Source: an uncultured Phycisphaerales bacterium (lineage in GTDB: Bacteria; Planctomycetota; Phycisphaerae; Phycisphaerales; SM1A02). Taken from it: 64,000 nt of DNA. Shown piece after piece: positions 10,388 through 19,418 of the stretch. The stretch is taken from positions 8,580-72,579 of the forward strand of contig CALKEP010000027.1 in the NCBI GenBank assembly GCA_938084645.1, given 5' to 3'. A model generated the notes under the pieces. The model was given only the letters and a program-made list of their open reading frames with translations. It was not told the origin of the DNA and made no database searches. The stretch's first letter is position 1, and each line of letters begins with the position of its first letter. The translations under genes and the position numbers were made by a program.

Positions 10388-10813
10388 GAGATTCTCCTTC
10401 TCTACGATCGGGATGTGGGACACGGAGCCCTGACATACGGGCCTCCGCGCCCCAACTTAGTTGGGTCGCATTCGATTCAGGCCATGTCTGGGGCGGCGGG
10501 GGGCGATTTTGACAAGAACAACACGGAAGAACCACCCGTTCGGGTGGGCGCCGTCGTGCGATCGCCGAACGACCAAACGATTGGTCGGAGGTCGGCCTTG
10601 AAAGCATGATTCAACCGAAGGTCATGCGGTCACAGGTGAGCGCCTCGAACGGAGGCGGTTCGTTTTCCGACACGCGATTCCTTGAACCGCGGCGAAGAAC
10701 GCATCGGCGTGATGCAAGCGGACGAGGAGATAAGATGGCCTCGTGGCTGGTGCGATCGCGGCTGCCGGGGGCCCGAACCTGCCGGGGTGGAACCGATTGA
10801 GGAGTGATTCATC

Positions 10814-11683
10814 GTGAGTGAGGATGATGGTGTCGGCCGGATCCGCGCGGAACGCAACCAGCGATTCGCAAGGCAGCTCGATCGAAGCAGGGTCTGGAGC
10901 CTCGATGATCCGGCGGTGCGTGAGATCCTCTTCGATCCGCTGGCGCTGCGTCTGCTCGATGCGATTCGAAGAGCCCCTGACCCAATCAAGCACGCGGGGC
11001 TGTTCGATGCCGAACTGGGCTCGCCCACGGATGTGACGACCCGTCTGCAACGGTTGGAATCGATCGGGATGATCCGATTCGACCGTACCGAAGGAAGGTC
11101 CGGGTTCACGGCCGTGGATAAGCTCATCGCGGTCCACTGCGGCGAGTCGGGGGAGGAGAAGGCGCACTTCAATCGATACCGGGAGATGGTGTCGGCATTC
11201 AATGAATCGCTCCCCGTGATTCCAGTCGACCACGAGGAGGAGAATCTGTACACCGATCGGGTGCACCTGCTCACGGACGATGAGCGAAATCGGGTCGAGA
11301 AGGCGATTCACCGCGTCCTTCGCGAACTCTGCCGGTTGGAGGAGAACCCGACCGTGGAAGGCCCCGACGAGCCGAGGCGAACGCCCATGAGACTGAGCAT
11401 CCGGAAGTCCGAAGTCGCCGTCGACGGGCCGTTGCTGGCTCCGGTCTTCCTGTTCCGGGAGAGCATGGTCGCTTCCTCGCGGAAGATCCTGGATTCGGTG
11501 GTGGACCGGCTCACGCCGCGACAGATCGAGGTCGCCACGCTTCTCGTGGAGGGTTCGACGAAGGCCGACATCGCGGAAGCGCTCGACGTGTCGGAGAACA
11601 CCATCAAGTCGACGGTGCGATCGATCTACAAGAAGCTGGGCGTCACTTCGAAGGCCGAGTTCATCCGTTCGATGACGGAATGA
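10814..11683 (+). CDS. Transcriptional regulator, N-terminal winged helix + C-terminal LuxR HTH
   Basis: LTPRQIEVATLLVEG..IAEALDVSENTIKSTVRSIYKKLGV; GAGGAG RBS. Confidence 0.85.
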   Translation: MSEDDGVGRIRAERNQRFARQLDRSRVWSLDDPAVREILFDPLALRLLDAIRRAPDPIKHAGLFDAELGSPTDVTTRLQRLESIGMIRFDRTEGRSGFTAVDKLIAVHCGESGEEKAHFNRYREMVSAFNESLPVIPVDHEEENLYTDRVHLLTDDERNRVEKAIHRVLRELCRLEENPTVEGPDEPRRTPMRLSIRKSEVAVDGPLLAPVFLFRESMVASSRKILDSVVDRLTPRQIEVATLLVEGSTKADIAEALDVSENTIKSTVRSIYKKLGVTSKAEFIRSMTE

Positions 11684-13142
11684 TCGAACCCGGCCTCAGC
11701 AGCGGACGCGCCGCCAGCATCACGACGAGGGTCGCGATGGAAGCCACGACGGGGGCCAGGTCCTCGATGGCCGACGTCACGATCAGCCAGACACCGAGGG
11801 CGAGTGAGAGCAACGGCGGAATCGGATAGAGCGGAATGCGGAAGGGGCGGGGGAGATCGGGCGACCGCACCCGCTGGACCATGACCGAGAGCATCGTGAG
11901 GCAGACGGCGAAGGTGGTGAGCACGCCGACGTATTCCAGCAGCGCCTTGAGACCGGACGCCCAGACGAGCGGGATCGTGGCTGCGATCATCAGCACGATC
12001 GCGAGCGTCGGGGCCCCGCGTCGGTTGAGCGTTCCCCACGAGGCGGGAAGCTGGCTCTTCCAGGACATCGCCGCGACGACCCGTCCGCTGGTCATCACCG
12101 AAACGCTCAGGGTCGAGACGAAGAGAAGGACGATCATCGCGATGACCAGTCGTCCGCCGACTTCGCCGAAGAGATGTCGCGCCGTGATCGCACCGATGTT
12201 GGCCATGGGGACGATCGTGCCGTCGGAATCGAGCTCGAGCATCGCCGCCGGCGGCATCACGCGCAGATACACCACGTTCATCAGGAGATAGAGCGCGCCG
12301 ACGACGACCACGCTGCCGATGATGGCGAGTGGAAGCGATCGACCCGGATTTCGGATCTCCCCCGCGACCTCCGCCGCGGTCGACCAGCCGAGGTAGGCGA
12401 ACGAGATCGTGATCACCGCGAGCCCGATCGCCGCCGAGAAGACCGGCGGAGACGGAGCGTTGCGGAGGTGCTCGAGGATCTCGCCCGGATCCGCACCGAG
12501 CGGGATCGTCGCGAGCGGCGACTCGGGAAGCGTGTCCCGCGCCGCGGCGATCAACGCCGCATCCGGGACCAACGGCTCGACCGACATCGCCAGCCCGGCG
12601 ACGATGAAACCCACGATCACCAGGACCTTGAGCATCACGAGGCCGTCGTTGAACCGCTTGCCGCCGATCACCGTGATCGCGTGGATCACCCCCAGGCCGA
12701 GGAGGAGGACCGTCGCGGTGATGCGTGCCTCCGTCCAGGGCGCGAGGTTCTCGATGTACTCGCCCGCCACGATCGCGATCGCGGCGAGTGCCGCGATGTA
12801 GCCGATGAAGAGGGTGATCATGCCGTTGAGGTAGCCGCAGGTCGGACCGAGACTCTCGTGGACGACCACGTACTGCGAACTCGCTTTCGGCCGCATCGAC
12901 CCGAGTTCGCCGATGGTCAGCGCTCCGGCGAGGGCCACGATCCCGGCGATGACCCAGGTCAGGATCAGATTGCTGGTCGAGCCGAGGTCGGCGCCGACCA
13001 CGCCGGTCACCGTGAAGATTCCCATGCCGATCATGGAGGCGACGCAGATCCCGGTGGCGCTCCCGAGGCCGATCACCCGGTGCTGTCGCTCCGGCGAAGG
13101 CGGGTCCGGGTCGGCGGTGCGTTGGGAGTCGCTTCCGGTCAT
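11661..13142 (-). CDS. APC-family amino acid permease
   Basis: MIGMGIF, ELGS, FAYLGW..AGEIRNP, RPFRIPLYP motifs; many TM segments. Confidence 0.9.
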   Translation of the reverse strand: MTGSDSQRTADPDPPSPERQHRVIGLGSATGICVASMIGMGIFTVTGVVGADLGSTSNLILTWVIAGIVALAGALTIGELGSMRPKASSQYVVVHESLGPTCGYLNGMITLFIGYIAALAAIAIVAGEYIENLAPWTEARITATVLLLGLGVIHAITVIGGKRFNDGLVMLKVLVIVGFIVAGLAMSVEPLVPDAALIAAARDTLPESPLATIPLGADPGEILEHLRNAPSPPVFSAAIGLAVITISFAYLGWSTAAEVAGEIRNPGRSLPLAIIGSVVVVGALYLLMNVVYLRVMPPAAMLELDSDGTIVPMANIGAITARHLFGEVGGRLVIAMIVLLFVSTLSVSVMTSGRVVAAMSWKSQLPASWGTLNRRGAPTLAIVLMIAATIPLVWASGLKALLEYVGVLTTFAVCLTMLSVMVQRVRSPDLPRPFRIPLYPIPPLLSLALGVWLIVTSAIEDLAPVVASIATLVVMLAARPLLRPGSIIPSSNG

Positions 13143-13233
13143 CCGGTCAGTATCGTGTCTGGGCGCCACCGGTGCTTTTGCCGGGTGGCTCGCCGGACCA
13201 CTCCGTCTGCACCATCGTCGCCGGGAAGAATCG

Positions 13234-13953
13234 ATGACCGTCTCCACCGACCGACAACCAGGCGATCCGCCGCGATCGATCATCGGGCGGATCGCAGCGT
13301 TCCGGGGGTGGCGAGGCGCCTGGCTCGTCGCGGTGATCTACTTCATCGGATTCAGCGTGGTCTGGACCCTGGCGCATGAACTCAGCGATCTGCACGGGAC
13401 GCGACTCCCGTTGACGTTCCAGTGGGAGTCGCGAATACCCCTGCAACGTTGGGCGATCCCGCTCTACTTCACCCTCGACCTTTCCGTGATCCTGCTTCCA
13501 TGCATCTTCAGATCGGCGCGCGAGGCGATTCCACCGATGGGACTTCTGCTGCTCCAGGTGGTGATCGCGGCGCCGTTCTTCGTCCTGCTCCCCATCGAGA
13601 ACGCGTACGTCGATGACATGCCCACCGGCGTGTGGGGTGCCTATCTCTTCGAACCGCTGGGCTTGAAGAACGTGTCGCAGTGGAATCAGACCCCGTCGCT
13701 TCACGTCACCTACGCGCTGACGGTGGCGACGGTGATCGGGCGTCGATGGGGCGGCTGGTGGTGGGCGCTGGGCTTCGCCTGGGCGATTCCGGTGGCCGTC
13801 ACCACCATGCTCGTCCACGAGCATCACCTCGTCTGCGTCGTCGGGGGACTGGTGCTCTACGCCGCGACGGTCCCGCTGCTTCGGAGGTGGGGCGGACGAC
13901 TCGATCTCGATCAGTCGGGAGTGGAGGCTTCGTTCGATCGCCGCATGGGCTGA
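13234..13953 (+). CDS. PAP2-like membrane phosphoesterase
   Basis: WESRIP, PSLHV, HEHHLVCVVGG motifs; hydrophobic helices. Confidence 0.7.
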   Translation: MTVSTDRQPGDPPRSIIGRIAAFRGWRGAWLVAVIYFIGFSVVWTLAHELSDLHGTRLPLTFQWESRIPLQRWAIPLYFTLDLSVILLPCIFRSAREAIPPMGLLLLQVVIAAPFFVLLPIENAYVDDMPTGVWGAYLFEPLGLKNVSQWNQTPSLHVTYALTVATVIGRRWGGWWWALGFAWAIPVAVTTMLVHEHHLVCVVGGLVLYAATVPLLRRWGGRLDLDQSGVEASFDRRMG

Positions 13954-13964
13954 TCGCCGCGGTG

Positions 13965-15476
13965 TCAGGCGAGAATGTCCTTGACGACCTTGCCGTGCAC
14001 GTCGGTGAGTCGATAGTCCCGACCCTGATGGCGGTAGATCGTCTTCTCGTGGTCGAGACCGAGCTGGTGGAGCATGGTCGCGTGGAGGTCGTGCACTTCC
14101 ACGGGATTCTCGACGATGTTGTACGAGAAGTCGTCGGTCTTGCCGTAGGAGATGCCGGGTTTGACGCCGCCCCCCGCGAGCCAGACGGTGAAGCACCGGG
14201 GATGATGGTCCCGACCGTAGTTCTCCCGGGTGAGGTTTCCCTGGCTGTAGACGGTCCGCCCGAATTCACCGGCCCAGAGCACCAGCGTGTCGTCGAGCAT
14301 GCCGCGTTGCTTGAGATCCTGCAGGAGCGCCGCCTGCGGCTGGTCGACCGCCTTCGCCTGGGCTCGGATCTCCCCGGGGAGATTTCCATGCTGGTCCCAG
14401 CCCCGCATGTAGAGCTGGATGAAGCGGACGCCCCGCTCGGAGAGACGTCGGGCCTGGAGGCAGTTCGCGGCGAAGCTGCCCGGAGTGCGGACGTCCGGGC
14501 CGTACATTTCGAGGGTCGCTTCCGACTCGTCGGAGATGTCGGTGAGTTCGGGCACCGACATCTGCATCCGATACGCCATCTCGTACTGGGCGATTCGAGC
14601 CTGGACCTCCGGGTCCAACGATTGGGCGAACTCCTCCTCGTTCATCTTCGCGGCCAGGTCGAGCATCAGTCGCCGATCCTCGCGGCTCACGCCGTCGGGG
14701 TCGCGGAGATGCAGCACCGCGTCCCGGCCGGCGCGAAGCTTGCAGCCTTGATGTTCGCTCGGCAGGAACCCGCTGCCCCAGAAACGGGCCGAGAGCGCCT
14801 GCATGTTCCCGATGCCCTGGGTGATCATCACCACGAAGGTCGGGAGATCGCTGTTCATGCTTCCAAGCCCGTAGCTCATCCACGAGCCGAAGCAGGGCCG
14901 TCCCGGGATCTCGCTTCCGGTCTGGAAGAAGGTGATGCCGGGTTCGTGGTTGATCGCCGAGGTGTGCATGGACCGGATGAAGCAGATGTCCTTCGCCATC
15001 CTGCCGGTGTGCGGCAGGATTTCGGAGAGCATCACGCCGTCTTCGTTGTTCTCGTACCGGTCGAACTTGAAGGCGGTCGGCGCGACCGGGAATCGGGCCT
15101 GACCACTGGTCATGGTGGTGATCCGCTGGCCGTTGCGGATCGAATCGGGGAGATCCTCGTCGAATCGTTGCTGCAGCGCGGGCTTGTGGTCGTAGAGGTC
15201 GAGCTGGCTCGGCGCACCCTCCATGTGCATGTAGATGACCCGCTTCGCCTTCGGGGCGTGATGCGGAATCGACGCGAGGATCTCGTCGACCTCGTTCACG
15301 CGGCTTCCCGCGAAGGCGGGACGATCACCCACCAGCGAGCCGAGCGCGGTCGCGCCGAGGCCGCCGAGCACCCCTCCGGCCATCGAGCCGAAGAACCGAC
15401 GGCGGGTGAGGTTGCGCAGGTAGCCCTCGAGCGGATCCGCGGGCCCTTCCTTGAATTCTCGATCCGACATGGGCAT
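13965..15476 (-). CDS. DUF1501 protein (Tat-exported)
   Basis: TRRRFF Tat; GAPSQLDLYD, INH, GWDQH, GEFGR, GRDHH, RLTDVHG. Confidence 0.92.
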   Translation of the reverse strand: MPMSDREFKEGPADPLEGYLRNLTRRRFFGSMAGGVLGGLGATALGSLVGDRPAFAGSRVNEVDEILASIPHHAPKAKRVIYMHMEGAPSQLDLYDHKPALQQRFDEDLPDSIRNGQRITTMTSGQARFPVAPTAFKFDRYENNEDGVMLSEILPHTGRMAKDICFIRSMHTSAINHEPGITFFQTGSEIPGRPCFGSWMSYGLGSMNSDLPTFVVMITQGIGNMQALSARFWGSGFLPSEHQGCKLRAGRDAVLHLRDPDGVSREDRRLMLDLAAKMNEEEFAQSLDPEVQARIAQYEMAYRMQMSVPELTDISDESEATLEMYGPDVRTPGSFAANCLQARRLSERGVRFIQLYMRGWDQHGNLPGEIRAQAKAVDQPQAALLQDLKQRGMLDDTLVLWAGEFGRTVYSQGNLTRENYGRDHHPRCFTVWLAGGGVKPGISYGKTDDFSYNIVENPVEVHDLHATMLHQLGLDHEKTIYRHQGRDYRLTDVHGKVVKDILA

Positions 15477-15486
15477 GGTCCTTGGT

Positions 15487-18400
15487 TCAGTCCTTGACGA
15501 TGGCGGCGTCCGAGCAGAGCACGGCGTTGGCGAGCATGGTCCACGCCGCGAGTTCGGCGGGATCGAGGTCGTCGGGGGGCATCGCCTCGCCGACCGCGAT
15601 CAGTGCCGCGGCGTCCTCGGGGGCGTTCTGGTACCGATTCCGGTAGCGAGCGATGGTGTCGCGGAGGGTCGCGCGGATCGAGTCCGAGGGCGGCGACGCG
15701 GTCGTGATCCGGAAGAGCAGATCGAATCTCGCCTCGTCCGTCGCTTCGCGTTCGATGACCGTCGCCGCGAGCAGTTTCGCGGCCTCCACGAACTGGGGAT
15801 CGTTCCAGAGGACGAGCGCCTGGAGCGGGGTGTTGGTGGTCAGTCGACGGGTCGAGCAGTATTCCCGGGTCGGGGCGTCGAGCGCGAGCATCGACGGCGG
15901 GGGGGATGCCCGCTTCCAGTAGGTGTAGACGCTGCGGCGGTACAGGTCGTCGCCGTATCCCTGTTCATAGTTCCGGGTGTTGGACTGGAGCATCGCGACC
16001 TCCCGCCAGAGGCCTTCCGGCTGGTAGGGCTTCACGCTCGGGCCGCCGAATCGTTCGACGAGCAGGCCGGAGGCGAACAGCGCCTGATCGCGGATCTGTT
16101 CCGCGGAGAGACGCTGACGCGGGAACGAGGAGAGCAGCACGTTGTCGAAGTCGATCTCGAGCGATCGCGGGTTTCGCCGGGCCGACTGCCGGTAGGTGGC
16201 GGAGGTCAGGATCCTGCGGATCAGGGCGAGTCGATCCCAGTCGCCGTCCCGGAACGTCGCGGCCAGGTGGTCGAGCAGTTCCGGATGCGAGGGCCACGCG
16301 CCCTGGTAGCCGAAGTCCTCGACGCTCTCGACGAGTCCTCGCCCGAAGAACATCGCCCAGACCCGGTTCGCCTCGACCCGTGCGGTGAGCGGATTGTCGT
16401 CACTGACGATCCAGCGGGCGAAGTCGAGGCGATCCGGGTTCTCCACGTCGGTGGGAAGCGACCCGAGCACCGAGGGGATCGCCCGTGAGGCGGGGCGGTC
16501 GCGATCGGGCTGGTCGTACAGCCCCCGCATCATCACGTAGGTGTCACGCGGGGTCTTCCGCTCCTGCATGATCATGGTCTTCGGAACGTCCTCGACGAGC
16601 TTCGTGCGTTCGGCGGTGAGGGCGCCGATCTCCTCGTTGAGCCGCCGGTAGCGAGGCGATCGTCGGACCCGGATCGACTCGTTCGCGGATGCGAGGGCCG
16701 GGGGGCGGACGCTCGACGCGGGAAGCAGGAGCGCCACCGCGGTCGACGGCAGTTCGGATTCGGGCGGGTCGACCCGGAAGTACATGCCGCCGGCGCCGCC
16801 GGTGTTGACGATCTTGAGGACCAGCGTGTTCAGGCCGGCGATCAACGGGACCTGAATCCGATCCTGGTCTGGAGCGACGCCACGGTTCACGCGGCGGTCG
16901 AAGATCTTCTCGCCGTTTCGGAAGACCTGGATGCCGTCGTCCGAACCGAGCGAGACGGACAGGTTTCGTGCGGTGGGACTGTAGATCTCGCGGCCGACGT
17001 ACTCCGCACCGATACCCTGGGCGAGGGTGACGTTCCGGCCGTCGGCCACCCCGGGTGCATGTCGCCACGCGAGATCCCGGTACTTCGTCCCGAACGCGAG
17101 GGGGCCGGAGCCTTCCGGGCCGTAGGCGGTGTTGTACGCCTCCTCGCCGGTGGTGGTGGGATAGGGGCCGACGATGTACCAGTCGGTGCTCGCCACGGGA
17201 AGGGACGTGCGAATCGAGGCGTCGGCGGAGCCGACCTGCAGGCGGGTGCGGCCGATCGCGTGCTTGTCGTAGCGCGAGTCGAAGCCGTACCGCACGATGA
17301 GCTCGGTGCCACCTTCGAATCCGAACGGTTCCGCGGCGAGGAAGACGAACGTCCGGCGACCGGGAATGCCGTGCGACTGGGCGGCCCAGACCCGTCCATC
17401 GTCGGGACGAAGCGCGTTGGTGATTCGGAAGTCGCCGTCCGGCTGCTCGTGATCGGCCCACGCCCAGGTGAGCGGGACGTCGACTCTTCGGGTCGGATCC
17501 GCGGTCGAGACCGCTTCGACGGTGATGCCGGACAGGATCGAGTTGCCGTTCGGCGCTCGGCCGGTGCCGTTGCCCGGCAGGGACTCGTGCGGGAGGGCTT
17601 CGACGAGGATGGCGTCGTGTCGACCGCCATCGAGGAGATAGGAGACGGTGACTTCGTCGTCGGCGGGGTTCGTTCCGGTGGCGAGCACGCTTCCGTCATC
17701 GAGAAGTTCCATCGTCGCGCCATCGCGGCTGTCCGCCCGGACCGGTGCGGCGGCCGTCCACCCGAAACCGCCTCCGGAACCCAGGCCGGCGAGATAGTCG
17801 TCGACGGCCGCCTGCTCCTCCGGCGTGGGTGTCGAACGTTCCGATTCGAGGGTCGCGATCTTCGCGGCGATCGTGGCGATTCGTTCCGCGTCCTCTTCGC
17901 GCGGAATCTCGAGGGCCGGCTCGAATGCACGGTTCGAGTCGGGGACCTGGGTGTAGATCCCCGGCTGCTCCACGTTGTTGAAGAACGCGATGAGGTTGTA
18001 GAAGTCCTGCTGCGAGATCGGGTCGAACTTGTGATCGTGACACCGGGCGCACCCGACGGTGAGTCCGAGCCACACCGCGCCGGTCGTCTCGACCCGGTCC
18101 ACCGCGTATTCGAGAAGATATTCGTCGGCGATCGCGCCACCTTCATCGCTCGTCACGTGGTTCCGATGGAACCCGCTCGCGATCAACTGTTCGATGGTCG
18201 GGTCCGGCAGGAGGTCGCCGGCGAGTTGGTCGACCGTGAACCGATCGAACGGCATGTTGGAGCGGAAGGCCTCGAGGACCCAGTCGCGATAGGGCCAGAT
18301 CTGGCGGCCCGCATCCATGTGGATGCCGCTGGTGTCCGCATAGCGGGCGAGGTCGAGCCAGGGAGTCGCCATCCGTTCGGCAAGGCGGGTGCGATACGGC

Positions 18401-19104
18401 TCCTCGGTGAGCACGCGGTCGACGAGGCGTTCGTAGGCATCGGGGGACCGGTCCGAGAGGAACCCATCGAGTTCGTCGGGGGTCGGTGGAAGGCCGGTGA
18501 CGTCGAGGAAGAGTCGGCGGGCGAGTGTCTCGCGGTCCGCCTCCGGGGCCGGCGTCATGCCGGCGCGATCGAGTCGGCGGCTGATGAACCGGTCGATGTC
18601 GTTCCGGCTCCAGTCGTCTTCGATCCCGGCGGGAACGGCGGGGGCGAGCAGGGGTTCGAACGCCCAGTGCGGCTCGTATTCGGCGCCCGCCTCGATCCAG
18701 CGACGGATCAGGTCGATCTCGTCGTCCGTGATCGCCCGCTTCCCGCTCTTGGGAGGCGGCATGACGTCGTGTGGATCATCGGTGGTGATCCGCTCGAACA
18801 GGAGAGACGCTTCGGGATCACCCGGAACGATCGCGGCCAGGCCGTCGACTTCGCGGGTCGCATCGGCGAAGGAGTCGAGTCGGAGGTCCGCCATCTGGGT
18901 CGCGGCGTCCGGTCCGTGGCAGAGGAAACACCGATCCGAAAGGATCGGACGGATGTCGCGCCCGTAGCGAAGGGAATCTCCCGACTCGGCGGTATCGATC
19001 GGCGTGGTGGGCGACGAAGCGTCGTCCGAGGCCAGGCCGAGGAGGAGGGTCGGCGCGAGGATGCTCGCAACCACGATGGCATGTATTCGATTGACCTCGA
19101 CCAT
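15487..19104 (-). CDS. Planctomycete cytochrome c / PSD1 (DUF1549+DUF1553) protein with central beta-sandwich inserts
   Basis: CFLCH, WLDLARYAD, CARCHDHKFDP, HPELLD, NTPLQAL. Confidence 0.92.
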   Translation of the reverse strand: MVEVNRIHAIVVASILAPTLLLGLASDDASSPTTPIDTAESGDSLRYGRDIRPILSDRCFLCHGPDAATQMADLRLDSFADATREVDGLAAIVPGDPEASLLFERITTDDPHDVMPPPKSGKRAITDDEIDLIRRWIEAGAEYEPHWAFEPLLAPAVPAGIEDDWSRNDIDRFISRRLDRAGMTPAPEADRETLARRLFLDVTGLPPTPDELDGFLSDRSPDAYERLVDRVLTEEPYRTRLAERMATPWLDLARYADTSGIHMDAGRQIWPYRDWVLEAFRSNMPFDRFTVDQLAGDLLPDPTIEQLIASGFHRNHVTSDEGGAIADEYLLEYAVDRVETTGAVWLGLTVGCARCHDHKFDPISQQDFYNLIAFFNNVEQPGIYTQVPDSNRAFEPALEIPREEDAERIATIAAKIATLESERSTPTPEEQAAVDDYLAGLGSGGGFGWTAAAPVRADSRDGATMELLDDGSVLATGTNPADDEVTVSYLLDGGRHDAILVEALPHESLPGNGTGRAPNGNSILSGITVEAVSTADPTRRVDVPLTWAWADHEQPDGDFRITNALRPDDGRVWAAQSHGIPGRRTFVFLAAEPFGFEGGTELIVRYGFDSRYDKHAIGRTRLQVGSADASIRTSLPVASTDWYIVGPYPTTTGEEAYNTAYGPEGSGPLAFGTKYRDLAWRHAPGVADGRNVTLAQGIGAEYVGREIYSPTARNLSVSLGSDDGIQVFRNGEKIFDRRVNRGVAPDQDRIQVPLIAGLNTLVLKIVNTGGAGGMYFRVDPPESELPSTAVALLLPASSVRPPALASANESIRVRRSPRYRRLNEEIGALTAERTKLVEDVPKTMIMQERKTPRDTYVMMRGLYDQPDRDRPASRAIPSVLGSLPTDVENPDRLDFARWIVSDDNPLTARVEANRVWAMFFGRGLVESVEDFGYQGAWPSHPELLDHLAATFRDGDWDRLALIRRILTSATYRQSARRNPRSLEIDFDNVLLSSFPRQRLSAEQIRDQALFASGLLVERFGGPSVKPYQPEGLWREVAMLQSNTRNYEQGYGDDLYRRSVYTYWKRASPPPSMLALDAPTREYCSTRRLTTNTPLQALVLWNDPQFVEAAKLLAATVIEREATDEARFDLLFRITTASPPSDSIRATLRDTIARYRNRYQNAPEDAAALIAVGEAMPPDDLDPAELAAWTMLANAVLCSDAAIVKD

Positions 19105-19418
19105 GTCCTCCAGAATACGCCCGACGCATCGATGGGAGTAGCGAAACCCGGACGCAGGTCACCACGCGGAAGAGGTTTATCGGACGACAAGTAGCTCGCC
19201 GCGGGATGTCCAGGCGGTCGAGGATTGCGTCCTAGAAACGCGTGCTCGAGGGAGAAAATGACCGAACTGGGCGAATATGGCGGGATTCCGGTCACCGGAC
19301 GGGCCGGAACGCGAATGATAGTGCACGCTGATGATTCGTTGGATGGGCGGAAGAGGCTCTATTCGACCCCGGCCCGGCGAGATCGCGTCGGGCCCCATGT
19401 CCCTCTCAGGAGCCCCAG

